Below, piece by piece: positions 11,841 through 22,186 of a stretch of DNA of 64,000 bases; the stretch's first letter is position 1; every line of letters starts with the position of its first letter. The stretch is from an uncultured Pseudomonadota bacterium. GTDB taxonomy: Bacteria > Oederibacteriota > Muellerivitia > Muellerivitales > Muellerivitaceae. The position numbers and the translations under genes are program-made. The DNA lies in assembly GCA_963836235.1 (NCBI GenBank), contig CAWIIP010000004.1, forward strand, positions 32,001 through 96,000. Direction: 5' to 3'. The notes below the pieces were generated by a model, which saw only the letters and a list, made by a program, of their open reading frames with translations, searched no databases and had not been told where the DNA came from.

Positions 11841-11878
11841 AAGGGCCGTTCCCGAAAGGGGATGGCCCTTTTTTATTT
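11841..11878 (+). terminator. Rho-independent terminator between convergent GSIII and mutY
   Basis: AAGGGCCGTTCCC-GAAA-GGGGATGGCCCTT followed by a T-tract. Confidence 0.85.
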
Positions 11879-13009
11879 CCGCGGGGTTCTATTCCCAAAA
11901 AGAGGAGCGAAGAGGCCTTCTCCCCCATTCTTTTCTGCTTGTTCCAAAACCCACTCGCGAAGCTTGTTTTGGGCGCTGGCGAAAGGCAGCTGGATCAACT
12001 CTTTGCCCGCGACCCATTTAAAATCCTTCGAAAACTGGGCGCTTTTCGGCGGGGGTGAAGGGAAAAGCCTCAGGCGAACCCTATGATGGGTGATTTGATG
12101 GCGCACTTCCAGCGAAGTCTCACCGTCGGATTTGGTTTTTAATTCCTTGTCCAATTTGGCGCGGGCTTCCTCGAAGGTTTTTCCTTCGGCGCTGGGGAAT
12201 TCCCACATTCCCTTCAGCCACTTTTCCTCCTGGGACCGTTTTTTCACGAGCACCAGATCCTTTTTCTGGATCAGGAAAGCCGCCATCCGGATTTCCACCG
12301 TTTCCTGCGCCTTCGGCATTTCGGGCAACTCGTTTTGGAGCCCTTTTTGGGAAGCTCGGCATTGGGTCAAGAGAGGGCAAAGCAGGCATTGGGGGTTGTC
12401 GGAAAAGCAAAGCGTTGCGCCTAATTCCATGACCGCCTGGTTGAAGTCCCCGGGACGGTCCTTGGAAATCAGGGCCCGGGCTAGGTCCCAAACCTTTTGG
12501 TGGCCCTCACCGGTTTTCAAGTTGCCCCTTAAAAGAAAAAGCCTGGAAAAAACCCGGATGACGTTTCCGTCCACCACCGGGTGGGGTTTTTGGAAGGCGA
12601 TGGATAGGACGGCTCCCGCGCTATAAGGCCCGACGCCGGGAAGTTTCGTAATTTCTTCCAAGGTGTCGGGAAGCTTTCCGTTGTAATCCCCTACCACCAT
12701 TTGGGCGGCGGCTTGGAGGTTCCGAGCCCGGCGGTAGTAGCCCAAGCCTTCCCAAAGTTTCAGCACTTTTTCTTCCTTGGCTTTTGCCAGGGACTTCCAG
12801 TCCGGCAGTTCCTTCAGGAAACGGTGGTAATAGGGGATGACGGTTTTCACTTGGGTTTGCTGAAGCATCATCTCGGAAACGAAAGTGGCGTAAGGGCTAT
12901 GGATGCCGCGCCAGGGCAGGTCCCGCTTGTTATGGTCATACCAATGGAGAAGCTTCTTTTGAAAAAGCGCGGGATTTGGGGAGTTTTCCTTGGTGAAGCG
13001 TGCCATCAA
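11873..13009 (-). CDS. mutY: A/G-specific adenine glycosylase
   Basis: RDLPWR, SEMMLQQTQV, WEGLGYYRRARNL, HhH LPGVGPY, VDGNVIRV, Fe-S motif CxxxxxxCxxCxxxxxC. Confidence 0.96.
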   Translation of the reverse strand: MMARFTKENSPNPALFQKKLLHWYDHNKRDLPWRGIHSPYATFVSEMMLQQTQVKTVIPYYHRFLKELPDWKSLAKAKEEKVLKLWEGLGYYRRARNLQAAAQMVVGDYNGKLPDTLEEITKLPGVGPYSAGAVLSIAFQKPHPVVDGNVIRVFSRLFLLRGNLKTGEGHQKVWDLARALISKDRPGDFNQAVMELGATLCFSDNPQCLLCPLLTQCRASQKGLQNELPEMPKAQETVEIRMAAFLIQKKDLVLVKKRSQEEKWLKGMWEFPSAEGKTFEEARAKLDKELKTKSDGETSLEVRHQITHHRVRLRLFPSPPPKSAQFSKDFKWVAGKELIQLPFASAQNKLREWVLEQAEKNGGEGLFAPLFGNRTPRK

Positions 13010-14763
13010 GCGAGCTGGGTTATTTCGTAGGTCTTCAAGGGTTCCATGGTACCCCTGATGGCGATGGAGTTTAAGGGATTGGCTTTGGCACCGCTTTTGA
13101 TTTTATCGTAAGTTTCCTCGGAAAGGACCGTTTGTCCCGGGGCCGCCATGGCGCAAAGGCGGGCCACCACGTGAAGGGCCTCGCCGATGATGCTGTAATC
13201 GTAATGCTTGTTGGACCCCAAATTGCCCGCGACGACTGTGCCCGTATGGATTCCGATTCCCACCGTGAAAGGCGGGTACCCTTTTTTGATCCGGGAAATA
13301 TTGAAATCCCTCAAAGCCTCTTGAATTTCCAAAGCGGCCCTTACCGCGCGCTCTTCCTTGTCCTCGTGGGTGAAGGGCGCGCCCCAAACGGCGATGGCGG
13401 TATCGCCGATGAATCTATCCAGCATTCCCTCGTGTTTGAAAACGACGTCATTGATGATGCCGAAATATTGATTCAAGGCCTCCACGAGCGCTTCCGGTGT
13501 CATGTTCTCGCTCAGGGTGTTAAAACCCTTGAGGTCGGCCCGCAGCAAGGTACATTCGCGCTTTTCGCCCTTGAGGGAAAAATAATCCTTCTCGGCGAGG
13601 AGCTTGCGCGCCGCCTGGGGATCAACCACTTTGCCTAAGATCAGTGAAATTCGTTCCTTTTCTTTCAGGCTTTCCAGCATTTCCTGAAGGGCGCCGCCCA
13701 ATTGTCCCCACTCGGTCCAGGGATCTTGGGGGATCGAACCATTGAGGTTGCCTCTGGAAATGTCGTTTATGGATTGGAAGAGACGATGGAAAGAAGAGAC
13801 GTAATATTTGACGCCAATTCCCGCTAAAACCAGTACGAGGAAAAGGATGAGAAGACCCATCGTCAGGATGCGCCGTTGAGGCGTCCCTTCCACTGTTTGG
13901 GTTTGTTTCACAGGCTGGAAAACGGCCAGGTAAGCCATGGGCTTTTGGTCCAATCCCATAAGCGCGAAACCTCTTTCGAGAAAAGGATTGGCGCCCCAGG
14001 TGACGGGGAGGGCGGGTTGGGGGCTGGTGGTTTCCGGAAGCGAGGGAAGATGAATGCGCGGGGCTGGGATGGAACCAGTGCACCAGGTTTGGGATTGGGA
14101 ATAAAGGGCTATGTCGTTGACAGAGATGTTTTTGAACGACTTCATCAAGCTCCCATCGATTTGGGACCCCACGGCGACCACGCCCAGAATTTTATCTTTG
14201 CCTTCCACCGGCACCAAAAGAGTGAGAAAGGTTGAGTCTTGGAAGGTAAAAAGCCCGCCCGTTTTGGAACCCGCCAAAGCCAGGTCCATTCCAGGCCAAT
14301 CCTTGACGGAGGCCAACATCAGCTTTTTGGATTTGGGGTGGGATTTTGTTTTTTTGGCGGTGGCGGTCGGCGAGGGGGAGGGAGTGGGTTTGGTTATTCC
14401 CCGATTGTTGTAAAGGACATTGCCGTTATGGTCCGTTAGCAAGAACAAGGCGGCGGGGTTTTGGCCTAATTCCACTTCGCTAAGGTTTTTGAAAGGGCTA
14501 ACCGATGTGACCGGGCCTGCCAGGGCCTTTTTAAGGCTCTCCTTGGCGGCGAAATGGAGAGCGTTGAGAAGGTTGCGGTTGAATTCCTTGTCATAAATTT
14601 CGGATAACCCGTTGAAGCTTTGGGACAGGGAAGCCTGTGGATCGTTCACCACTGTGGATTTGACGCTCTTCTTCAAAGTCGAGGAGGCCATCCAAATAAA
14701 AAGGCCGAGGGGGAGGATGGCCAGAACGAGGAGGAAAGCCGGCACCAAGCGGAAGTTTTTCAA
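13006..14763 (-). CDS. Membrane HAMP-domain class III nucleotide cyclase
   Basis: 2 TM flanking a periplasmic domain, HAMP, ADLKGF / RFIGD / GIHTG / DYSIIGE motifs. Confidence 0.85.
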   Translation of the reverse strand: MKNFRLVPAFLLVLAILPLGLFIWMASSTLKKSVKSTVVNDPQASLSQSFNGLSEIYDKEFNRNLLNALHFAAKESLKKALAGPVTSVSPFKNLSEVELGQNPAALFLLTDHNGNVLYNNRGITKPTPSPSPTATAKKTKSHPKSKKLMLASVKDWPGMDLALAGSKTGGLFTFQDSTFLTLLVPVEGKDKILGVVAVGSQIDGSLMKSFKNISVNDIALYSQSQTWCTGSIPAPRIHLPSLPETTSPQPALPVTWGANPFLERGFALMGLDQKPMAYLAVFQPVKQTQTVEGTPQRRILTMGLLILFLVLVLAGIGVKYYVSSFHRLFQSINDISRGNLNGSIPQDPWTEWGQLGGALQEMLESLKEKERISLILGKVVDPQAARKLLAEKDYFSLKGEKRECTLLRADLKGFNTLSENMTPEALVEALNQYFGIINDVVFKHEGMLDRFIGDTAIAVWGAPFTHEDKEERAVRAALEIQEALRDFNISRIKKGYPPFTVGIGIHTGTVVAGNLGSNKHYDYSIIGEALHVVARLCAMAAPGQTVLSEETYDKIKSGAKANPLNSIAIRGTMEPLKTYEITQLA

Positions 14764-14847
14764 GTTTTGAGGCCCTTCTTTGGAAAAGCTGGGTGAGTCA
14801 TGACCGCTACTATATTAAGGTTTCCCGAAAATTCAATCTTCCGGCCC

Positions 14848-16641
14848 CTATTGAATATAGCCTCCTTTTTGGAGGTTCCAGAGCTTCCGGTATAGCCCTG
14901 GCTTTCGGATCAGGGACTGGTGCGTTCCTTGTTGGACCACTCTTCCTTTGTCCAACACGACGATGATGTCGGCGCTCATGATGGTGGAAAGCCGGTGCGC
15001 GATCAGGATGGAAGTGCGCCCCTTCATCAGGCCTTGGAGGCCTTTCTGGATTTCGTGCTCCGTCTGGGAATCCAGCGAGGAAGTAGCCTCGTCCAAAACC
15101 AATATTTTTTTGTCGGCCAGCAGGGCGCGGGCGATGGAGACCCGTTGTTTTTCTCCGCCCGATAGCTTGACTCCGCGTTCGCCCACGATGGTATTTTCCT
15201 TTAAGGGGAGCGCCTCGATGAACTTCCCCAATTGGGAGAATTGAATGGCGGAAAAGACCTTTTCCCGGGAGGCCCCGGGGTTGGAGAAGGCGATGTTGTT
15301 ATAAAGCGTATCATCGAAGAGGATGCATTCCTGGGGCACCATGCTTAGGCTGTCCCGCAGGGACTCCTGGGCCACCTCCGCTATGTCGGCCCCGTCGATA
15401 GTGATGGTTCCGGTCTCCAGGTCGTAAAGCCGGTAAAGCAAGCGGATTAAAGTCGTCTTCCCGGCCCCCGAAGGCCCCACGATGGCCACTTTTTTGTGGG
15501 GAGGTATTTTCAGTGAAAAACCGGACAGGACTGGCCTTTTCCGGTAGGCGAAAGCCACATCCTTGAAAGCTATGGTCCCTTGGGACGGCCGCAGGGGTTG
15601 GGCGCCCGGTTTATCTTTGATCTCGTTTTCGATTTTTCCGTATTGGAAGAGGTCCTCGAAATCCGCCGTAGCCCGGTAGAGGTTCCGTATGCCGTAGACG
15701 AAGCTCGAAAGGGGTCCCAGAAGGGTGCCGAAAGTCGTGTAAATGAAGACGAAGGTGCCGATGCTGATGGCTCCCGCCATCAGGCTTTGAACTGAAAAGT
15801 AAACCAGGAAAAAGGCACCCAAGCCCAGGATGGATATCTGCCCGGATTCCAGCATCTTGTAGTAGTTCCAAAAATCTAATTGAAGCTGTTTGGTCATTTC
15901 GCTCAACTTGTTGAAGCGGTTTTTTACGTCGTTTTCTTTCGCGAAAAACTTGATGGAGTCGATATTGGTGAAGACGTCGGCGATGTTGCCCTTTTCCAGG
16001 TCGGACATGTTGTTGAAACGGGCGTTGGACTTTCTTTGCTTCTCGTTCAGGAGGAAGGAAAAGACGATATAAGCGAGAGTAGTTGTGAAGACCACCATCC
16101 CAACGGGCAGGGTGAAGTAAAAAATGGAGCCGCTGACCAGGATCATTTGGAAGAAAAGGGGAAGAATTTGGAAGATGATGACATCCGTCATAGTTTCGGC
16201 GGCTCCCGAACTCCGGGAAAGCCGGGAAATCAGGGAACCGGTCTTGTGGGAAGTGTGAAAACCGTGGGAGAGTTCCAAAAGATGGTTGAAATAAAAGCGT
16301 TTGATGTCGGTAATGAGGTCCGTCTCCAGAAGGTTGATGGAGCGCAAATAAAACCATCTTCCGATGGCCCTCGCCGCTGGAATGACCAAAAACAACCCGA
16401 AAAGCACGGGGAGAGAATGGGTGAAGTCCTCTGAGGTGATTTGATGGTGGGTATATTGGGTTCCAGCGTCGATAATCAACTTAAAGGCGTAGTTAATGGC
16501 CAGATCAAGGGAACTTAATATGAACACCAAGAAAACGAGAAAAAGGGCCGTCCATTTATATTTCTTCAGGAAGCCGAAATAAACGCTCAGGTTATATTTA
16601 AAGTCGATTTTTTCATCGTCGGATACCTCGATGCCGGCCAT
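14848..16641 (-). CDS. ABC exporter, fused permease/ATPase (ABCB type)
   Basis: 6-TM domain plus GPSGAGKT, LSGGEKQR, LDEATSSLD. Confidence 0.93.
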   Translation of the reverse strand: MAGIEVSDDEKIDFKYNLSVYFGFLKKYKWTALFLVFLVFILSSLDLAINYAFKLIIDAGTQYTHHQITSEDFTHSLPVLFGLFLVIPAARAIGRWFYLRSINLLETDLITDIKRFYFNHLLELSHGFHTSHKTGSLISRLSRSSGAAETMTDVIIFQILPLFFQMILVSGSIFYFTLPVGMVVFTTTLAYIVFSFLLNEKQRKSNARFNNMSDLEKGNIADVFTNIDSIKFFAKENDVKNRFNKLSEMTKQLQLDFWNYYKMLESGQISILGLGAFFLVYFSVQSLMAGAISIGTFVFIYTTFGTLLGPLSSFVYGIRNLYRATADFEDLFQYGKIENEIKDKPGAQPLRPSQGTIAFKDVAFAYRKRPVLSGFSLKIPPHKKVAIVGPSGAGKTTLIRLLYRLYDLETGTITIDGADIAEVAQESLRDSLSMVPQECILFDDTLYNNIAFSNPGASREKVFSAIQFSQLGKFIEALPLKENTIVGERGVKLSGGEKQRVSIARALLADKKILVLDEATSSLDSQTEHEIQKGLQGLMKGRTSILIAHRLSTIMSADIIVVLDKGRVVQQGTHQSLIRKPGLYRKLWNLQKGGYIQ

Positions 16642-16788
16642 GCGCGAATAACTCCCAATTTGTAATGGATCGAATCCAAAGGTGTGAAATAGATTTAAGT
16701 CGAGGAGTTACTTTAAGGGAGGGAAGGGTGAAGTGTAAAGGCGTCTCACAAACTTGGCTTTAGTGGAAATGTTGTTGAGGGCCGAAAT

Positions 16789-16823
16789 AAAAAAACGGAT
16801 GGGGTTTGGGCGGCCCATCCGTT
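16789..16823 (-). terminator. Rho-independent terminator after the small secreted gene
   Basis: AACGGATGGG...CCCATCCGTT stem preceded by an A-tract on the plus strand. Confidence 0.75.
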
Positions 16824-16845
16824 GGGAAAAAAGATTGTTATGGAA

Positions 16846-17043
16846 TTATTTAGTGGGACCCGTGCTGTTGTTCGTGGGGCCGACGCTGTTGGCCGCCGGG
16901 CCCTTGGAACTCTTCTTGTGTCCGTGGTGGTGCCAGTTGCATTTTTTACCGCTGCAGGTGGACGAGGTGCCGTCCGCCAGGGCCATGCTTGAAACCGCGG
17001 CCGTGAAAATCATCGCCAAACCAAGTGCCATTATTTTTTTCAT
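16846..17043 (-). CDS. Small secreted peptide (65 aa) with a Cys pair and His-rich tract
   Basis: Signal peptide (..SSMALA), AAGGAG RBS, own terminator. Confidence 0.7.
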   Translation of the reverse strand: MKKIMALGLAMIFTAAVSSMALADGTSSTCSGKKCNWHHHGHKKSSKGPAANSVGPTNNSTGPTK

Positions 17044-17244
17044 TTTCTCTCTCCTTGATTAGGATTTAAAAGTACCTCAAATCCCTTGGGATTTAGACGC
17101 GCTATTTCCGAAAAAGTGTCGGCCTTGACCGAAAGACCCGGGGGGTGATACCCCTTCTTTCTTTCCCAATTGCTTGACCATCGGTTTTTAAAATAGATAT
17201 TATGGGAACCAGTCACCCGTTTAAAACCCATTGAAAGAGAGTTT

Positions 17245-17979
17245 ATGGCCCTACAACAAGAGCTGGAAAGAAGCGGTTCTTGGTTGTTTCGATATCGAAG
17301 TTTTATTCCCCTGCTGGTGGTCCCTTTTTGCGCCTTTTGCTTGTATTCTTCCGGCGATTTTAACCGTACCCACCTTAACAATGACCTCTGGCAATCCATT
17401 TGCTTAATCCTGTCCTTTGTTGGCCTCGCGATCAGGGTCGTCACCGTGGGCCATGCCCCCGTGGGAACTTCCGGGCGAAACACCCAGCGCCAAGTGGCGG
17501 ATACTTTAAACACGACGGGAATGTATTCGATCGTCCGGAATCCTCTGTATGTCGGGAATTACCTGATTCTCTTAGGTTTCCTGGCGGTATTTCAAGACCT
17601 GTGGCTGGTGCTTTTAATCACCTGCCTTTATCTTCTTTTCTATGAGCGGATCATCATGACGGAGGAAGCTTTCTTAAGGCGGCGTTTTGGAAAAACCTTT
17701 GAAAAATGGGCCGATAAGACCCCCGCTTTTATCCCCCGGTTCTTCCAATGGAATGCCTCCCGGCATTCCTTTTCCTGGCGGGAAGTCCTCAAACGGGAAT
17801 ACAACGCCTTCTTCGTCATTACCACTTTTTTTTCATTGGCCGATTTGGCGTTTGAATCCCTGGCCGCGGGCCGGTGGACGATGGACCCGGTTTGGAGATG
17901 GGTTTTTGTCACGGGCGTGGTTGTTCTGATTGGCTTGCGGACCCTGAAACGCCAAACAAAGTTTTTAAAAGCGGCGTGA
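17245..17979 (+). CDS. lmtA: ICMT/PEMT-family membrane methyltransferase, LmtA-like (lipid A phosphate methyltransferase)
   Basis: MAL.QE..RSG.WLFRYRS N-terminus, GTSGRNT, LNTTGMYSIVRNPLYVGN, EEAFL. Confidence 0.72.
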   Translation: MALQQELERSGSWLFRYRSFIPLLVVPFCAFCLYSSGDFNRTHLNNDLWQSICLILSFVGLAIRVVTVGHAPVGTSGRNTQRQVADTLNTTGMYSIVRNPLYVGNYLILLGFLAVFQDLWLVLLITCLYLLFYERIIMTEEAFLRRRFGKTFEKWADKTPAFIPRFFQWNASRHSFSWREVLKREYNAFFVITTFFSLADLAFESLAAGRWTMDPVWRWVFVTGVVVLIGLRTLKRQTKFLKAA

Positions 17980-18054
17980 CGGTGAAAGATTTAGTTTAAG
18001 TCCCCGCTTTCGGTGCGCCAGCCGAAAAGGACCGTGAATTCAATTCACCAAGGT

Positions 18055-19215
18055 TTACTTGCCTGGTTGGCCCATGATCTTTTGGAAACCCGTCAAAAGT
18101 TGGGGATCGTCGAAGTTGAGGGTCCGCCGGTTGAAATGCTCGCCATTATCCCAAAGCATCGGGCAGATCCCCAGCCCGTAGACCTTTTGGGCCACCGACA
18201 AAATGTAAAGGCGCACGCTCTCAGGTTCCTTGGCCTTTACGGTCGCGCCATATTCGCCCAGGATGACCGGGATGCCCTGGTCCAGGAAACGGGGCTTCAG
18301 TTTTTGCATGTTCGTGTCCAGTTCGGCCAAGTCCTCCTTTGTCCCCCAGGTGGTCCGCATCTTGCCCCAGGACTCGTCCTTTTCCAGCCCGGCGAAGGTA
18401 TAGGGCGTGTAATAGTGAACTGAAACGATGGAATGGTTCTCCGGGTCTTTCGGCAGGACGAAATCCGGGTCCACCGTCAGGTCGATATCCGTGGCGTATC
18501 CGGCGATCAGGAGGTGGCGTTTGGCGTTCAGGCCTCCGGATTTGCGAACCAGATCGACAAAGGCCTGGTTGATGTTGTTGAGGATGCCATAGGCCTTTTG
18601 CTTTTGTTCGGGATTCGCAGGCCCATAGCGGTTCCAAACGTCGTTGAAGCAGCCTTCCTCGTTCAGGGACTCGAAGATCAGGCCGCCGGGATAATCCTTG
18701 AAATAGCCCGCGATCTGCGACCACATCCGGGTATAGCGCTTCATGGATTCGTCGTATGCCATCGGGAATTTGGACCACCAGCCGCCATCCCAGTGGATGT
18801 TGACCACCGCGATCATTCCGTCATTATGGACGTAATCGACGATCTCCTTGACGCGCGCCAATAGGGAAGGGTCGATCGTGTAATTGTCCCCCATCATGTT
18901 CGACCAGGCTACGGGTATCCGGATGGATTTGAAACCGGCCGCCTTGATCGCGTCGATCATTTCCGGGGTGGTCTCGGGATTGCCCCAAGCGGTCTCGAAA
19001 CTACGGACACTCGGTCCCTTGATCCATTCCCCGGCGCAATCCATCGTGTTGCCCAGGTTCCATCCCAGCCCCATGCGCCGGACGACCTCCACCGAACTCA
19101 GGTTTTCCAGGGCCGCGGGAGCGGCGTTTTGGGCGGGCAGGTTTACGGGAACCAAGCCAGCTAAAAGCGCCGCGAAACCGAGCCGGAAAACAGAAAGATA
19201 ATTTCGGATGGACAT
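18055..19215 (-). CDS. Secreted glycoside hydrolase family 5 (endoglucanase-like)
   Basis: Signal peptide; GWNLGNT, SIRIPVAW, NIHWD, ESLNEE, HYYTP, GEYG, WDNG. Confidence 0.92.
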   Translation of the reverse strand: MSIRNYLSVFRLGFAALLAGLVPVNLPAQNAAPAALENLSSVEVVRRMGLGWNLGNTMDCAGEWIKGPSVRSFETAWGNPETTPEMIDAIKAAGFKSIRIPVAWSNMMGDNYTIDPSLLARVKEIVDYVHNDGMIAVVNIHWDGGWWSKFPMAYDESMKRYTRMWSQIAGYFKDYPGGLIFESLNEEGCFNDVWNRYGPANPEQKQKAYGILNNINQAFVDLVRKSGGLNAKRHLLIAGYATDIDLTVDPDFVLPKDPENHSIVSVHYYTPYTFAGLEKDESWGKMRTTWGTKEDLAELDTNMQKLKPRFLDQGIPVILGEYGATVKAKEPESVRLYILSVAQKVYGLGICPMLWDNGEHFNRRTLNFDDPQLLTGFQKIMGQPGK

Positions 19216-19412
19216 GGACGGACTCCCTTAATTTTTGAGTAATATAAATTCACTTCAGGTGGATAGCCAAACAAATGAAGGTTATTATTGCGTGGAAACA
19301 CTCGAATTTAAGCCTTATCGAAGGTCCGCTTCCGAAGTTCGCTTCCGAACCAGACCATTTGATGATTCCAAGAATTCCTTGCCTGTCCACGTATGATATT
19401 ATTTGAATCTAT

Positions 19413-22178
19413 ATGATCCTCCCTTATAAGACAATTTATATGGCGGTCTCAGCGATCTTGGTTTTATTTCTCCATGACCAGTCTTTTCTCCGGAAGGTCC
19501 CTCAGAACTCGGCCCTTTTACGAACCAGTAAGGCGGGTTACGGCCAGATCCCCCTCGCCTTTGAGGCCAACCAGGGCCAAACCGATCCTTCCGTTAGGTT
19601 CCTTGCCCTTGGAAATGGTTACAGCTTGTTCCTCACTCCCACCCAGGCGGTTTGGGCCCTGCGGGACCGCCCCCGTCGGACGAGGTCCCGTTCCGCTTCC
19701 CGGACTTCTCCCGAAAAAACAGACTATCTTTGGATGAGTCTCAAGGGGGCTGACCCCAGGTGCCGGGCCGAAGGTTTGGGAGAATTGCCGGGGAAGAGTA
19801 ATTACTTGGTGGGCCAGGACCCTTCCCGGTACAAGACCAATACCCCCCAATTTGCGAAGGTCAAATTCACCGGTGTCTATCCCCACATCGACCTTTTCTA
19901 TTACGGTTCCACCGGGGGAAAACTTGAGTACGATTTCGTCCTCCAACCCCACGCCCGCCCTGAGGACATCCGTCTCCAGTTCCGCGGCGCCAAGAAGTTG
20001 TGGTTGAGGGATGATGGCAGCTTGGAAGTGGCGATGGGCCTCAAAAAAATGTCGTTCCAACTTCCGGCGGTCTATCAGAGTGGCACCCAAGGCAGGGAAA
20101 CCTTGAAGGGGCGGTTCGTGCTGCGGTCGGGGAATGAGGTGGGGTTCGAAGTGGCGGGTTACGACCCCTCAAGGCCCCTGGTCATCGACCCAACCTTTAC
20201 CCTGGTTTATTCCACTTATATCGGTTCCACCGCCGCTTACTTTCATAACGAGCTCGCCGACTTTTGCGTGGACCCTTCCGGGTTCACTTATTTGGTCGAA
20301 CCGGGTCCTGGCGGTTTTCCTTATCCCACCACCTCGGGGGCTTTTCAAACGACGGACAAGGGCACGATCAACGCCATCATCGTGAAATTGAACCAAGCCG
20401 GGTCGGCGTTGGTTTACGCGACCTACCTGGGGGGATCCGTGGAGGATCAGTGCTTTTCCATCGCCGCTGACGCCGGGGGGAACGCCTACCTGACCGGTTT
20501 CGCCGGCTCGTCCGATTTTCCGACAACGCCGGGGGCCTACCGGGCCGGCCCGCCTGTCGGCCCCGACGCCTTCGTTGCCAAGCTCAATCCCACCGGGACC
20601 GCGTTGGTCTATTCCACCTTGCTCGGCGGGTCAAGCCAGGACGTAGGGAGGAGCATCGTGGTGGACAGTGACGGGGACGCCTATGTGGGCGGGTACACCC
20701 AATCCACCGATTTTCCCACCACCTCCGGAGCCTTTATGACCACGAAACCCAGCGGGAGCCAATCCCTTTTCGTCACGAAAGTAAATCCCACGGGGACCGC
20801 CTTGGTCTATTCCACCTACTTGGGTGGATCGGGGAACGACCAGTTGGACGCCCTCGCAATCGATGGGTCGGGCGACGCATATGTGACAGGCATCACTTCT
20901 TCCACGGATTTTCCCACGACATCGGGAGCCTACCGGACCACCGCCAGCGGCAGTTCGGATGCCTTCGTGACCAAGCTCAACCCCACGGGTACCGCTTTAG
21001 CCTATTCCACCTACTTGGGGGGCAGCCAGCAGGACGAAGGCCAAGCCATCGCAGTGGATGCCTCAGGTAGCGCCTATGTGACCGGTTATACGGCCTCCGC
21101 GGACTTTCCCACGACCCCGGGTGTTTTGGGCCTGAGCCTGACGGGGACTGAGAATTGTTTCGTGACGAAATTGAGTCCCGCGGGGAACAGCCTAGTCTTC
21201 TCCACTTATTTGGGGGGAAAAACGGTTGATCTGGGTTACGGCATCACCGTGGATGGGTCGGGCCAGGTCTATGTGGGGGGGCTCACGGGCTCGTCGGATT
21301 TCCCCACAACCCCAGGCGCGCTCAAAACGACCTTTATCAGCTCCACGACCTTTTTTTCGCTCCTGAACCCTACGGCCACTTCACTGCTCTATTCAACCTT
21401 TTGGGGAGGGTCCGGTGGCGAGGATGACGGGGCACGGATCGGATTGGATTCTTCCGGCGCCGTCTATCTGGGAGGGGGCACCTATACCAGCGATTACCCC
21501 ACGACTGCGGGGGCTTACGAAACAACTCATGCCGCCGATAGCGAGGACCTTTTCGTGGCCAAACTGGTGATGGGGATCACCAATTCCCCCACCGCGACCA
21601 ACAGCCCGTCACCCACACCAACCCTTTCCAGCACGGCTACTCCGACCTCGACCGGCAACGCCACCAACACCCCCACCTTCACTCTTACTTCTACCTTCAC
21701 CTCATCCATTACCGACACACCCACTCCGACCGGCAGCTGGACCTCAACTCCCACCGTGACCGAGACCTTTACCCCGACAGGGAGCTACACCTTGACCTTC
21801 ACCCAAACTCCCACGGCTACCTTGACCCCTACGCCGACCAATACACCGGCCCTCACTTTCACACCCACCGGCACGTCCACCCTGGGATCGTCTTCCTTTG
21901 GTTTCTGTCCCCCCTATCCCAACCCCTCGGATGGTTCGTCACCGGTTTCTTTTTGCGTCGATGTGCCCGAAGGGTCCTTGGTCGATCTGGGCATTTACAC
22001 CACGGCTTTCCGGAAGATCTACGGCCGCCACCCCACTCTTTCGGGCCAAAACTTCCTGAATTGGAACTTGAGGGATGATTGGGGGACTCCCGCAGCCAAC
22101 GGGGTTTATTACCTGAAAATTCAAGTTACGGGAATCCAACCCGTGACCAAGATCTTCAAAATACTGGTTATCCGTTAG
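19413..22178 (+). CDS. Secreted SBBP beta-propeller repeat protein with Thr/Pro linker and T9SS/FlgD-like C-terminal domain
   Basis: FEANQGQTD N-domain, LVYSTYLGG...DFPTT repeats, TPT linker, PYPNP...NGVYY...KILVIR. Confidence 0.88.
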   Translation: MILPYKTIYMAVSAILVLFLHDQSFLRKVPQNSALLRTSKAGYGQIPLAFEANQGQTDPSVRFLALGNGYSLFLTPTQAVWALRDRPRRTRSRSASRTSPEKTDYLWMSLKGADPRCRAEGLGELPGKSNYLVGQDPSRYKTNTPQFAKVKFTGVYPHIDLFYYGSTGGKLEYDFVLQPHARPEDIRLQFRGAKKLWLRDDGSLEVAMGLKKMSFQLPAVYQSGTQGRETLKGRFVLRSGNEVGFEVAGYDPSRPLVIDPTFTLVYSTYIGSTAAYFHNELADFCVDPSGFTYLVEPGPGGFPYPTTSGAFQTTDKGTINAIIVKLNQAGSALVYATYLGGSVEDQCFSIAADAGGNAYLTGFAGSSDFPTTPGAYRAGPPVGPDAFVAKLNPTGTALVYSTLLGGSSQDVGRSIVVDSDGDAYVGGYTQSTDFPTTSGAFMTTKPSGSQSLFVTKVNPTGTALVYSTYLGGSGNDQLDALAIDGSGDAYVTGITSSTDFPTTSGAYRTTASGSSDAFVTKLNPTGTALAYSTYLGGSQQDEGQAIAVDASGSAYVTGYTASADFPTTPGVLGLSLTGTENCFVTKLSPAGNSLVFSTYLGGKTVDLGYGITVDGSGQVYVGGLTGSSDFPTTPGALKTTFISSTTFFSLLNPTATSLLYSTFWGGSGGEDDGARIGLDSSGAVYLGGGTYTSDYPTTAGAYETTHAADSEDLFVAKLVMGITNSPTATNSPSPTPTLSSTATPTSTGNATNTPTFTLTSTFTSSITDTPTPTGSWTSTPTVTETFTPTGSYTLTFTQTPTATLTPTPTNTPALTFTPTGTSTLGSSSFGFCPPYPNPSDGSSPVSFCVDVPEGSLVDLGIYTTAFRKIYGRHPTLSGQNFLNWNLRDDWGTPAANGVYYLKIQVTGIQPVTKIFKILVIR

Positions 22179-22186
22179 GAACATGA

